Positions 18,694-29,120 of a stretch of DNA of 64,000 nt are shown here, piece by piece (positions within the stretch are counted from its first letter, which is position 1; each line of letters opens with the position of its first letter). The translations under genes and the position numbers were made by a program. Under the pieces are notes generated by a model, which was not told the origin of the DNA, made no database searches, and saw only the letters and a list, made by a program, of their open reading frames with translations. The stretch covers positions 1,856,001 through 1,920,000 of the forward strand of contig OZ244252.1 in the NCBI GenBank assembly GCA_965217185.1, written 5' to 3'. Source of the DNA: an uncultured Candidatus Entotheonella sp. Its GTDB lineage: Bacteria > Tectomicrobia > Entotheonellia > Entotheonellales > Entotheonellaceae.

Positions 18694-18945
18694 CTACGGT
18701 GCTGTCCCTCTGCCGCCGGTCCGCTCAATCAGAGCCGACAGCGCCTGCATGCTCTCCTTGTGCTGATTCGCCAGCGCTTGCATGGTCTCCGCGTGCTGTT
18801 TGTCCATTTGCCGATCTCTGGACTCCGAAGCCGCCCGCATTTGTTTCAAGCCGGCCCATATCAGGCCGCATTGTGCAAGACCCACGCCGAAAATTAGAAC
18901 GACGCCAGCGGCGCTCACCCAAAGTTGCCACACGTCCACATTCAC
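18694..18945 (-). CDS. Small single-TM coiled-coil hypothetical protein
   Basis: Hydrophobic WVSAAGVVLIFGVGLAQCGLIWAGL followed by the repeat KQHAETMQAL/NQHKESMQAL; start uncertain. Confidence 0.6.
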   Translation of the reverse strand: MNVDVWQLWVSAAGVVLIFGVGLAQCGLIWAGLKQMRAASESRDRQMDKQHAETMQALANQHKESMQALSALIERTGGRGTAP

Positions 18946-18976
18946 CAACTCAACGTCAAGGATTTGAAACGACGGA

Positions 18977-19462
18977 TCAGCCGCCCCCACCGCCCAAAGC
19001 TCGCAGCGCCGTGGGCGGCAGGTAGGCACGCAGAACCATGCCGCCGGGGCGCAATGGGCCTTCCAACCACGCGACCCCGCCCTTCTTGAAGGCGAACATG
19101 GCGCCGGACGCGGGTGAGCCGGTGATAAGCCAAGCCAGCAATTCGCTCATCCACGGCTCATGGCCGACAAGCGCGGCGGGTGTTTGATCGATTTCATGGA
19201 GTAGGTCTGTCTCAGGTGGGCGGGCCAATGCTTGGGTCGGCAGGAGATCGCCTTGCAGTACAGGTGCGAGGAGGGCGGCAGTCTCGACGGCGCGCAGCCA
19301 GGGGCTGTGATAAACCTGCCGCAGCCGAATGCCCAGATGCTGCATGCCGGCCACGGCTTGGGCAAAGCGTTCGCGGCCCTGGCGGGTTAATGGGCGCTCG
19401 GTGTCCGGCAGCGCCAAGCTGCGTGGCGCGGCGATGGCGTGGCGAATGAGAAACAGTTCCAT
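18977..19462 (-). CDS. sixA: Phosphohistidine phosphatase SixA
   Basis: LIRHAIA, RPLT, SPWLRAVETA, LVGHEP, FKKGG. Confidence 0.9.
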   Translation of the reverse strand: MELFLIRHAIAAPRSLALPDTERPLTRQGRERFAQAVAGMQHLGIRLRQVYHSPWLRAVETAALLAPVLQGDLLPTQALARPPETDLLHEIDQTPAALVGHEPWMSELLAWLITGSPASGAMFAFKKGGVAWLEGPLRPGGMVLRAYLPPTALRALGGGGG

Positions 19463-19505
19463 GAGCAAGGATTCCAGTTTTCAGGGTCGTGTAGCGGTTT
19501 GGATT

Positions 19506-19569
19506 TCCCCCTCACCCCAACCCCCGGATCAAGTCCGGGGCAGGCTCTTTCCCTCCAGAGGAGAGGGAG
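19506..19569 (+). repeat. REP-like palindrome containing a nested second hairpin
   Basis: CCCCCTCACCCCAA[CCCCCGGATCAAGTCCGGGGCAGG]CTCTTTCCCTCCAGAGGAGAGGG; outer part matches the repeat at 6499-6537. Confidence 0.7.
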
Positions 19570-20338
19570 CAGGAATGGCATCGCCTTCCGCAACTAGCGC
19601 CGCACCCTGCGGCAGGGCTGCTAACGCGGCGCCCACGATGCCCGCGTTGTTGAGCATCTGGGCGGTCACCACCTCCGTCTGCAACGTCAGCAGCGGCAAG
19701 AACTTGTCCGCCTTCTTGCTTACACCGCCGCCCACGATCATCAGGTCCGGCCAGAAATAGTATTCCATGCGGTGCAGATAGTCGTCCAAGCGCCGGGCCC
19801 ACTTGGCCCAACTGAGGTTCTGGCGTTTGCGCACAATGGCGGCAGCGTGCTTCTCGGCAGTCTTGCCGCGGAACTCGATTTGCCCCAGCTCGGTGTTGGG
19901 CACCAAATGACCGTTCATGAACAGCGCCGTGCCAATGCCAGTGCCCAGCGTCAGGATCATCACCACGCCGGGGCGCCCGCGCCCGGCGCCGAAGCGCATT
20001 TCGGCGAGCCCGGCAGCGTCAGCATCATTGATCACCGTGACCGGGCGCCCGACTGCCTGTTGGAACAATTCGACAACGGATTCGCCGATCCAGTCCCTGG
20101 AGATATTGACTGCCGTCAGCGGCCGGCCGTGCCGTACCGCGGCCGGGAAGCCACACCCAACGGGGCCGGACCAATTGAAATGCCTGACGATCTGAGCCAC
20201 CACTTGGCTTACGGCCTCAGGCACGGCCCCCTCAGGTGTCGGAATACGCAGCCGTTCGGCAGTCATGTCGCCGGTGCGCGTGTTCACCGGCGCGCCTTTA
20301 ATGCCGGAGGCGCCAATATCGATGCCGAGAATTTCCAC
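19529..20338 (-). CDS. ppgK: Polyphosphate glucokinase (ROK family)
   Basis: GIDIGASGIKGAPV, RIPTP, NDADAAGLAE, TLGTGIG, PNTELG, GGGVSK, NNAGIVGAA. Confidence 0.9.
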   Translation of the reverse strand: MEILGIDIGASGIKGAPVNTRTGDMTAERLRIPTPEGAVPEAVSQVVAQIVRHFNWSGPVGCGFPAAVRHGRPLTAVNISRDWIGESVVELFQQAVGRPVTVINDADAAGLAEMRFGAGRGRPGVVMILTLGTGIGTALFMNGHLVPNTELGQIEFRGKTAEKHAAAIVRKRQNLSWAKWARRLDDYLHRMEYYFWPDLMIVGGGVSKKADKFLPLLTLQTEVVTAQMLNNAGIVGAALAALPQGAALVAEGDAIPAPSPLEGKSLPRT

Positions 20339-20376
20339 AGCCGACCTCCCGTCGCCGCGCTGTCCAGAGCGCCGAT

Positions 20377-21126
20377 CTATTGGGCCGTGAAGCCGCCGTC
20401 GATGACCAGTTCACTGCCGGTAACGAACGAGGATTCGTCGCTCGCCAGGTACAGCACGCCGTAGGCAATGTCATCGGTCGACCCGACGTAACCCAGGGGA
20501 ATCAGGCTCATCCGCTCCTCGCGATCCGGGCCGAAGGCCTCTTTGAGCATCTCGGTATCAATGGGTCCAGGGTGAATGGAGTTGCAACGAATGCCGTCTT
20601 TGGCATGCTGCATTGCCACGGTTTTGGTGAACAGCCGCACGGCGCCTTTGGAGGCGGTGTAGGACGGCGAGCCGTAGGGGCTACCGACCAGGCCGGCTGT
20701 CGAGGAGATATTGACAATAGAGCCGCCGCCCGCCCGGCGCATGGCGGCCACGGCGTGCTTGGCGCCCATGAAGACGCCCTTGACGTTCACCGCCAGAATC
20801 TGGTCCAGGTCGTCCTCGGTGGTTTCTTCGAGTTGCTTGCGGATGTAGATACCGGCGTTGTTCACCAGCACGTTCAGCTTGCCGTAGAGCTTTTCCGTCG
20901 TCTGCACCGCCGACCGCCAGGCGTCCTCGTTAGTGACATCCAGGTGGATGTAAGTGGCGTTGCCGCCGGCGGCGCGCAGGTCGGCCTCGACCTGACGGCC
21001 TTCGTCGTCCAGGATATCGCCCATGACGACGCTGGCACCCTCCTGCACAAACAGGCGTGCCTCGGTGGCGCCCTGCCCGCGCGCGCCGCCACTGATCAGT
21101 GCAACCTTGCCATCAAGCCGGCCCAT
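20377..21126 (-). CDS. Short-chain dehydrogenase/reductase (3alpha,20beta-HSD-like)
   Basis: SGGARGQG, NNAG, NISS, YTASK, DGG. Confidence 0.92.
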   Translation of the reverse strand: MGRLDGKVALISGGARGQGATEARLFVQEGASVVMGDILDDEGRQVEADLRAAGGNATYIHLDVTNEDAWRSAVQTTEKLYGKLNVLVNNAGIYIRKQLEETTEDDLDQILAVNVKGVFMGAKHAVAAMRRAGGGSIVNISSTAGLVGSPYGSPSYTASKGAVRLFTKTVAMQHAKDGIRCNSIHPGPIDTEMLKEAFGPDREERMSLIPLGYVGSTDDIAYGVLYLASDESSFVTGSELVIDGGFTAQ

Positions 21127-21247
21127 TCCGCTCTCCTTTTGCCTCCGTGTTGATCCGATTGCCATCTTTGATTAGGCTGGAGCGCCTATCATACGGCATC
21201 CCTTATCGGAAACGAAACGTGACCCCATCGCCCGGAGAGAAACCGCC

Positions 21248-21844
21248 GTGATTGCCGACCCGACGCGCTTCGAGACCGCCATCGCCCGCTTCGACGCTGC
21301 CAACGCCGAAGACCCCAACACCGAAGAGATGGACGGCGTTTCCCACCCGAAGGAATTGCTTTATGCCCAACGCATAACCGCCTGGCTGGACAAGCTGACA
21401 CCCGATGCGTCGGAGGCTCTGCGGTTAGCGGCACGCGCCCAGCACATCCGCCGCTGGGCCATCCCGCGGCGCGATTACCCGATGACCCGTACCGGCTACC
21501 TGAAGTGGCGCACCACCCTGTATCGCTTTCACGCCGATACCGCCGGCGACATTCTGCGCGAGGTCGGTTACGACGACGCCATGGTCGCCGCGGTGCAATC
21601 CCTGCTGCGCAAGGAACGCCTAAAGCGCAATCCCGACATGCAATGCCTGGAAGACGTCATCTGTCTCGTCTTCCTGGAAAGCTACTTCGCCAATTTCGCC
21701 CCGCAGTACGACGAGCAGAAGGTCATCGACATCCTGCGCAAGACATGGAAGAAGATGTCCCCGCAGGGCCAAACGGCGGCCCGCAGTCTGGCTCTGCCGC
21801 CGGCAGCGCGCGATTTGCTTCAAAAGGCATTGGCGACGCCGTGA
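21248..21844 (+). CDS. DUF4202-like protein
   Basis: FDAANAEDP, LAARAQHIRRW, GYLKWR, LEDVICLVFL, KTWKKMS. Confidence 0.8.
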   Translation: MIADPTRFETAIARFDAANAEDPNTEEMDGVSHPKELLYAQRITAWLDKLTPDASEALRLAARAQHIRRWAIPRRDYPMTRTGYLKWRTTLYRFHADTAGDILREVGYDDAMVAAVQSLLRKERLKRNPDMQCLEDVICLVFLESYFANFAPQYDEQKVIDILRKTWKKMSPQGQTAARSLALPPAARDLLQKALATP

Positions 21845-21989
21845 ATTCCTGAACGAACGGCCCGTTCCAATGCCCTCCGGCTGTTGCTTTGCCCGCGCCA
21901 ACTTTGTTATGCTAGCGGCCCTTGTTTGCCGTGCAGCGCGCTCCAGGTCGTCTGGGACGACAGCCGTTTTGTACCCCCAGGAGAAGATC

Positions 21990-23192
21990 ATGCAAAGCGA
22001 AGACATATTGATGTGCCCCGGCCCCAACGACATGTCCGACCGCGTCATCCGAGCCATGATGCGCCCCGCCGCCGCCCCTGCCTCGGAAGAGTTTCAGGAA
22101 CTGTATGAACGGACGTTGGACATGTTGGCGCAAATTTACCAGACGACCAACGAGGTGGTGCCCATTCCGGGGTCGGGCCGCAGCGGCCTGGAGGCAGCGA
22201 TCACAAGTGTCGTGGAACCCGGCGACCGCACCCTCACTGTCGCCAACGGTCACTTCGGGGGCGTCGCCATGCAGATCATCAGCGGCATTGGCGGCAAGCC
22301 GGAAGCGTTTCAGGAACCCTGGGGCAGCGTCATCGACATGGGCGCCTTCGCCGCCAAGCTGGCCAGCGGCTCGTACAAGCTGGTAACCCTGGTGCACAAC
22401 GAAACCTCCAGCGGTGCCGTGTACCAGGCCGAGGAAATCGCACGCCTGGCCCACGAGCACGGCGCCCTGTTTTTACTGGATGCGGTATCGTCCCTGGCTG
22501 GCGTTGACCTGCGTACCGACGAGTGGGACATCGACCTCGTCGTGTCCTGTAACCACAAAGCCATTGGCGCCCCGATCGGCCACGCCCACGTGGTGGTAGG
22601 CGAGCGCGCCTGGAAGGCAATGGAACAGCGCACGAAACCCTGCGGCACGGTGTTCGGCAATCTGATGAATTGGAAGTCCCAGGTCGACCCCACCGTCAAC
22701 GGCGGCAGAGCCAAGAAACGGACGTACGGTGTTTTCCCGGCCGTTCACCTCTTTTATGCCATGCACGAAGCATTCACCGCGGTTCTGGAGGAGGGCTTGG
22801 CGCCCCGGTTCGCCCGCCACCTCCTGAACGCCGAGGCATTCCGCGAGGGCGTCATCGGGCTGGGCCTGAGACCCTTGGCACATCCGGACGTGGCATCACC
22901 CACCGTCACCTGCGTGCAACTCCCCGAGGGCATCACGTCCAAGGAATTTCTGTACCACTTCCGGCATGACCACGGGCTGTTCACCCTGCCGGGCCTCGGC
23001 GAATTCCAGGACACCGCCGTGCGCATTGGCCACATGGGTGTCACCGCCACGCCACGCAACATTCTTCACACCCTTCACGCTTTCGACCACATTTTGTACC
23101 GCTTAGGCCATCTCCATGACCGCGGCGCGGGCATTACCAGAGCCGAGGAGATTTATCAGGCAGCGGAACAGGCAGCCCCAGTGGCGGTATAG
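21990..23192 (+). CDS. Class V PLP aminotransferase (alanine-glyoxylate/serine-pyruvate type)
   Basis: MCPGP, VHNETSSG, DAVSSLAG, NHKAIG, RIGHMG. Confidence 0.9.
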   Translation: MQSEDILMCPGPNDMSDRVIRAMMRPAAAPASEEFQELYERTLDMLAQIYQTTNEVVPIPGSGRSGLEAAITSVVEPGDRTLTVANGHFGGVAMQIISGIGGKPEAFQEPWGSVIDMGAFAAKLASGSYKLVTLVHNETSSGAVYQAEEIARLAHEHGALFLLDAVSSLAGVDLRTDEWDIDLVVSCNHKAIGAPIGHAHVVVGERAWKAMEQRTKPCGTVFGNLMNWKSQVDPTVNGGRAKKRTYGVFPAVHLFYAMHEAFTAVLEEGLAPRFARHLLNAEAFREGVIGLGLRPLAHPDVASPTVTCVQLPEGITSKEFLYHFRHDHGLFTLPGLGEFQDTAVRIGHMGVTATPRNILHTLHAFDHILYRLGHLHDRGAGITRAEEIYQAAEQAAPVAV

Positions 23193-23202
23193 GGAGGCTG
23201 CC

Positions 23203-23979
23203 TTGGCACAGCGAGAGCGCTTTCCGGTTGGGCCGTTCTTCGAAGCCAGTCTGAAAACACACTCGGTCACGGCGCTCTGCGACCTCTTGCACAGCGGCCA
23301 GATCGTGCAGCACGGCCTCATTCCCTGGGGCTCGAATTACACCTTTCTGGTCACGATGGACGTGCAGCAACCGCACCTGATGCTGGCGGTCTACAAGCCC
23401 CGGCGAGGCGAAGCGCCGTTGTGGGATTTCCCCAACGGCACGCTGTACAGGCGGGAACGCGCAGCGTTCGTACTCAGCGAGGCACTCGGCTGGAGCTTGG
23501 TGCCGCCCACGATTATTCGGCAAGGGCCGAACGGAATCGGCTCGCTGCAGTTGTACGTGCACCATCGCGAAGAGGACGCGGATTACTTCGCCCTCCACGA
23601 ACAGCACGGGCCGGAGATGCAGGCCATGGCGGCGTTCGATCTCATTTCCAACAATACCGACCGCAAAGCCGCGCACTGCCTGCGCGATGCAGAAGGGCAC
23701 ATCTGGGGCATCGACCACGGCCTGACGTTTCACGTCGATCCGAAGCTGCGCACGGTGATCTGGGATTTTGGGGGCGAGCGCGTTCCCAAGCGTCTGTTGC
23801 GTGACGTGCGGCGGGTGCGGGACGATTTGCAGAATCGCTGCGGCTTGGTGGGCGAGCTGGACGATCTGCTCTTCCCCGAGGAAGTCGACGCCCTCGCCTA
23901 CCGCATGCAGGCCCTACTGAAAAGACCTGAGTTTCCCTGCCTGCGCACGCGGCGGGGCGTTCCCTGGCCGTTTTACTGA
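23203..23979 (+). CDS. SCO1664-family PI3/4-kinase-like protein
   Basis: GSNYTF, VYKP, PLWDFP, NNTDRK, GIDHGLTF, LRTVIW; TTG start after GGAGG. Confidence 0.8.
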   Translation: MAQRERFPVGPFFEASLKTHSVTALCDLLHSGQIVQHGLIPWGSNYTFLVTMDVQQPHLMLAVYKPRRGEAPLWDFPNGTLYRRERAAFVLSEALGWSLVPPTIIRQGPNGIGSLQLYVHHREEDADYFALHEQHGPEMQAMAAFDLISNNTDRKAAHCLRDAEGHIWGIDHGLTFHVDPKLRTVIWDFGGERVPKRLLRDVRRVRDDLQNRCGLVGELDDLLFPEEVDALAYRMQALLKRPEFPCLRTRRGVPWPFY

Positions 23980-23996
23980 TCCTGAAGGGCGTAATT

Positions 23997-24458
23997 ATGG
24001 AGTGGCCGGAAGTACTTCAACGCATTGAGGCGGGAGAAGGCGAAGAGACCGAGTTCAAACGCGGACTCGGGGATTTCTCCGCCATCGGCAGAGCGGTCTG
24101 CGCTTTCGCGAACACCGAAGGGGGCATCATTATCCTAGGCATCACCGATATCCTAGGCGTCACCGATTCGCAGAGCATCATTGGCGTCAAGGAGGATGCC
24201 GACGAGGTTCAAGAACGCCTGGAGACGTTTCTGCGCACGGGGTGCAGCGCACCGGTCAGCGGGGAGTGCGGCAGTCACGAGGACCCGAATGGATGGGTGC
24301 ACTGGATTGAAATTTCACACCAGGACTACCCGGAGCCCTTGCGTTACGACGGCCGCGTGTGGGTTCGGCGTGAATGCAGCAGCGTGGAACCGTCGCCGTC
24401 AGAGTTGCAGGAACTCTATAACACCTCGGACAAACCCTCATCGGAAAACATTCGATAG
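23997..24458 (+). CDS. Stand-alone AlbA_2 (Schlafen-like) domain protein
   Basis: GEGEETEFKR, VCAFANTEGG.IILG; ends soon after the domain with no HATPase/HTH part. Confidence 0.75.
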   Translation: MEWPEVLQRIEAGEGEETEFKRGLGDFSAIGRAVCAFANTEGGIIILGITDILGVTDSQSIIGVKEDADEVQERLETFLRTGCSAPVSGECGSHEDPNGWVHWIEISHQDYPEPLRYDGRVWVRRECSSVEPSPSELQELYNTSDKPSSENIR

Positions 24459-24482
24459 CTCCCCTCCCTCACAAGTCCCCTT

Positions 24483-25625
24483 CTACAGATTGATCTCCTG
24501 GGCGACCAGCTCGCGGTGATAGGTGGCGTCGCCAAAGGTGAATTCGGCGTACTTGGCACGCTTGAAATACAGGTGCATGTCATGCTCCCACGTGAAGCCG
24601 ATTCCGCCGTGCACCTGGATGCCCTCGCCTGCGGTGTAGCGATAGGCGTCGCTGCAATAAGCCTTGGCCATCGACACGGCCAAGGGGGCTTCGGGTACGT
24701 CCTCATCCACGGCCCAGGCCGCATGGTAGGCAGCAGATTTGGCCGACTCCACCTGCAGCATCATCTCGGCGCACTTGTGCTTGACGGCCTGAAAGCTGCC
24801 GATAGGACGCCCGAACTGGACGCGCTCCTTGGCGTAGGCCACGCTGATGTCGAGCACCCGCTGCGCCCCGCCAATCATCTCGGCACACAGCGCAGCCGTG
24901 CAGATGTGCATCACTTTCGACAGTACCGGCCAGCCCATGTCCACGCTGCCGATCAGACGGTCGCGCCCAACGGCAACATTGTCGAACACCACCTCGCACT
25001 GCTTGCGGGTCTGATCCATGGTCTTGAGCAGGGTGACGGAAATGCCGGGGGTGTCGCTATCCACCAGGAACAGGCTGATGCCGAAACTCTTGTCGCCGGC
25101 GGTCTTGGTACGCGCCGCTACGACCATGACGTCAGCGACGTGGGCATCGGGCACGAATAATTTGGTGCCGGAGATGGCAAAACCGCCGTCTGCAGGAACA
25201 GCTCGCACGTCCAAAATGCCCTCCGCCTCGAAACGGCCCGAGGGTTCCGTCATCGCCAGGGTGGCGATCAGCGAGCCGTCAGCGATTTTCGGCAGATAGG
25301 TTTTCTTCTGCTCCTCCGAGCCGCCAAGCAGGATGGTCTGGCCCGCCAAGAGCACTGAGGAGAAGAACGGCGACGGCAGCAACGCAGCGCCCATTTCTTC
25401 CAGAATGACCGCGAGATCGACAAACCCCAGACCCTGGCCGCCGTATTCTTCGGGAAACGCCAGCCCGAGCCATCCGAGGGCGGCCATCTGCTGCCAGAGC
25501 TCGGGCGAGTAACCGCGCTCATCTTCCATCATCTGCCGCACGAAGGCGCTGGTGCAGTACTCGGCTAAGAAATCGTGCGCCGCCTGCCGCAGCATGTCCT
25601 GCTCATCGCTAAAACCAAAATCCAT
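24483..25625 (-). CDS. Acyl-CoA dehydrogenase family
   Basis: PEEYGG, MTEP, GTKLFV, RVQFGRPIGSFQAVKH, QVHGGIGFTWE. Confidence 0.93.
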   Translation of the reverse strand: MDFGFSDEQDMLRQAAHDFLAEYCTSAFVRQMMEDERGYSPELWQQMAALGWLGLAFPEEYGGQGLGFVDLAVILEEMGAALLPSPFFSSVLLAGQTILLGGSEEQKKTYLPKIADGSLIATLAMTEPSGRFEAEGILDVRAVPADGGFAISGTKLFVPDAHVADVMVVAARTKTAGDKSFGISLFLVDSDTPGISVTLLKTMDQTRKQCEVVFDNVAVGRDRLIGSVDMGWPVLSKVMHICTAALCAEMIGGAQRVLDISVAYAKERVQFGRPIGSFQAVKHKCAEMMLQVESAKSAAYHAAWAVDEDVPEAPLAVSMAKAYCSDAYRYTAGEGIQVHGGIGFTWEHDMHLYFKRAKYAEFTFGDATYHRELVAQEINL

Positions 25626-25727
25626 CGGTCAAACCTCCTGAATGGTGATGCCGCGGCGCCCATCCGCGCATAGAAAGACGCCCCCAACAACGGACAGTCG
25701 AGGGCGTTCCAAGTGTGCCGGTAACCG

Positions 25728-26828
<1,101 letters not shown>

Positions 26829-27145
26829 CGGTGTCTCTCCTTACGGCAACTGAATCTCAACCAGTTTGGCCCGCTCCACTGCCTGGGCGGATATGAACCA
26901 GGAAAACCCTCGTGCCGGCACCTGACAAGAAGATAGCCAAACAAATAGCCTCAGGTTTTAGACACGGTTTGGCGACTATACTACGCGGCACGCATCATAT
27001 CCAGAAAAACCCTTCGTGCCCCGTGGTAAGCACAAAGCGCTATCAAGTAATTTAGGCAAGCCCTCTCACGACTCATCCGCGTTCATCCCAACTTCGGCAA
27101 CCCTGGCCTGCACGTCATCCGGCACGTTTCCCTCTAACCCTCCGG

Positions 27146-27766
27146 CTAGCTCGGCCTCCCAGGCGGCGGCGATTTCGACTGCCAGCGCTTTAATTCAGCG
27201 ACGTACTCTTCTTGGTAATCCATGTCCCGAAGGATGTCGTCGTTTCCAATGGGAAGTTCCAACGTATCGTGCGGGTAGCCGCGTGTCACCACATTGAGAC
27301 CTTGATCAGGCGTCAGGGCCAGCACCGCCGGGCGATACACCACCGCCAGGAGCAAGGGATGACCGCGCTTACCTTGGTAGACGGGGATGACCAGGCCCTT
27401 CTGGGTGCGGGCATGAGCCGCCAGAAGCTGTTGGATAACCAAGCGACCGATTTGCGGTTGATCGACGAGCGCCAACAGGTAGGCGTCCGGAGCGGGATCG
27501 AGCGAGCGCAGGGCAACCTGCACGGAGGACGTCATGCCAAGCCGGTAGTCCGGGTTGTGAAACAGTCGAACGGGCAAGGGTTCCAGCACCGCAGCGATCT
27601 CCTCGGCGCGATGCCCCAGGACAACGGCCACTTCCGACAAATCGGCGCTCAGAAGGGGTTGCAGAACCTGCTCGATGACCGTACGGGGGCCAAACGGCAG
27701 CAGGGCTTTCAATTGCCCCATGCGGCGGGATTCTCCGGCAGCCAGCACCACCCCTGCAACGCGCAT
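27146..27766 (-). CDS. Molybdenum cofactor cytidylyltransferase-like (MocA)
   Basis: LAAGESRRMG, DQP, GHP, DMD; follows moeA. Confidence 0.85.
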   Translation of the reverse strand: MRVAGVVLAAGESRRMGQLKALLPFGPRTVIEQVLQPLLSADLSEVAVVLGHRAEEIAAVLEPLPVRLFHNPDYRLGMTSSVQVALRSLDPAPDAYLLALVDQPQIGRLVIQQLLAAHARTQKGLVIPVYQGKRGHPLLLAVVYRPAVLALTPDQGLNVVTRGYPHDTLELPIGNDDILRDMDYQEEYVAELKRWQSKSPPPGRPS

Positions 27767-27774
27767 CGGTCCAC

Positions 27775-29004
27775 CTAGCCGGCCACGTACGGCTCGGTTT
27801 CAGGATGGTCCAGCAGGATGGCAGTCACCGTCTCACCGGAAGCAAACGGCTCGGCGCGCTTGGGGAGCACCAGCAGACCGTTGGCGCCGACCATCGACAG
27901 CAGCCGTGCCGAGGATTGCATGCCGGTGCTGTGGGCCATGAAGCCCTGTGGCGTGCGGGTGAGGTGCACGCGGTGAAATTCAGGCCGCCAAGCGTCACCC
28001 TGAAGCTCGGCCGCCAGCGTCACGGGCACGCGGGGACGCAGGACGTGATGGTGACCGGCCATACGCAGCAAGGCAGGCCGCACGAAAAGCTCAAACGCCA
28101 CCAATGACGATACCGGAAAGCCGGGCAGCGCGAAGACGGGCTTGTCGGCCACGGTGGCAAAGGTGAGCGGTTTGCCGGGCTTCATATTGACGCGCCCGAA
28201 ATGCACTTGGCCGGTGGTTTCGAGGATAGGCTTGATGAGGTCCAGTTTGCCCATCGAAACGCCGCCCGAAGTGACCAGGGCGTCGCACGTCGTCAAACCC
28301 TCCAGGATTTTGTCGCGCAACGCCTCTTGCGTATCACTGCCGATGCCCAGCGAAACGGCCTCCGCGCCGGCACGCTGCACCGCGGCCATAAGCGTGTACC
28401 GGTTGCTGTCGCGAATCTGTCCGGGGCCGGGGCTGGCATCGGGCTCGACGATCTCGTTGCCACTGGACAGCACCGCGACGCGCGGCCGGGCATGCGCGAG
28501 AACGGTGGTACGTCCAAGGCTGGCAAGCAGGCCGATCTCCTGCGGCCCCAAGCGTGTGCCGGCCTGCAGAACCTGCTGCCCCTTGGCAATATCCTGCGCC
28601 ACCGGCCGCACCTCGGCGTTTGGGCCGACCTGCCGATGCAGGGTCACCATCCCCTGTGCCTCCTCGGTGTACTCCACCATGATGACCGCGTCAGCCCCCG
28701 GCGGCATCGGCGCGCCCGTGGTGATACGTACGCAGGTGCCGGGCTCGACACGCAGGTCGGCCACGTAGCCGGCGGTCTGCTCGCCGACCAAGCGGCGCGG
28801 GTTGGTGGTGTCGGCAGCAATCACCGCGAAGCCGTCCTTGATGCTGCACGGAAACGGCGGCAGATCCTCGGTGGCCTGAATGTCCTCGGCCAGGATCAGG
28901 TCGAGCGCGTCAAACGTCGAAAAAGGCCGAGGGTTCAAACGGACTGTCTGCTTGAAAACAATATCGAGCGCCACCTCGGGTTCGATCGTGTCGTAATCAC
29001 GCAT
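27775..29004 (-). CDS. moeA: Molybdopterin molybdotransferase MoeA
   Basis: DGFAV, ITTGAPMP, SSGNE, DSN, SGGVSMG, KPGKP, LPGFP. Confidence 0.92.
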   Translation of the reverse strand: MRDYDTIEPEVALDIVFKQTVRLNPRPFSTFDALDLILAEDIQATEDLPPFPCSIKDGFAVIAADTTNPRRLVGEQTAGYVADLRVEPGTCVRITTGAPMPPGADAVIMVEYTEEAQGMVTLHRQVGPNAEVRPVAQDIAKGQQVLQAGTRLGPQEIGLLASLGRTTVLAHARPRVAVLSSGNEIVEPDASPGPGQIRDSNRYTLMAAVQRAGAEAVSLGIGSDTQEALRDKILEGLTTCDALVTSGGVSMGKLDLIKPILETTGQVHFGRVNMKPGKPLTFATVADKPVFALPGFPVSSLVAFELFVRPALLRMAGHHHVLRPRVPVTLAAELQGDAWRPEFHRVHLTRTPQGFMAHSTGMQSSARLLSMVGANGLLVLPKRAEPFASGETVTAILLDHPETEPYVAG

Positions 29005-29120
29005 AAGGTCGTTCACTTTGATTGAGGGTCGAGGCGTGGGAGTCGGCAGTCCGTGCCTCTCCAACGGGCGCGTATTGTCAGCCAATTTCCCGAAGCCCGC
29101 AACCCAAAAGGCAGTTGGCG

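Noticed and set aside
27066..27125. 19-codon minus-strand ORF (MPDDVQARVAEVGMNADES)
   Set aside because: Too short and has no supporting feature beyond a weak RBS.
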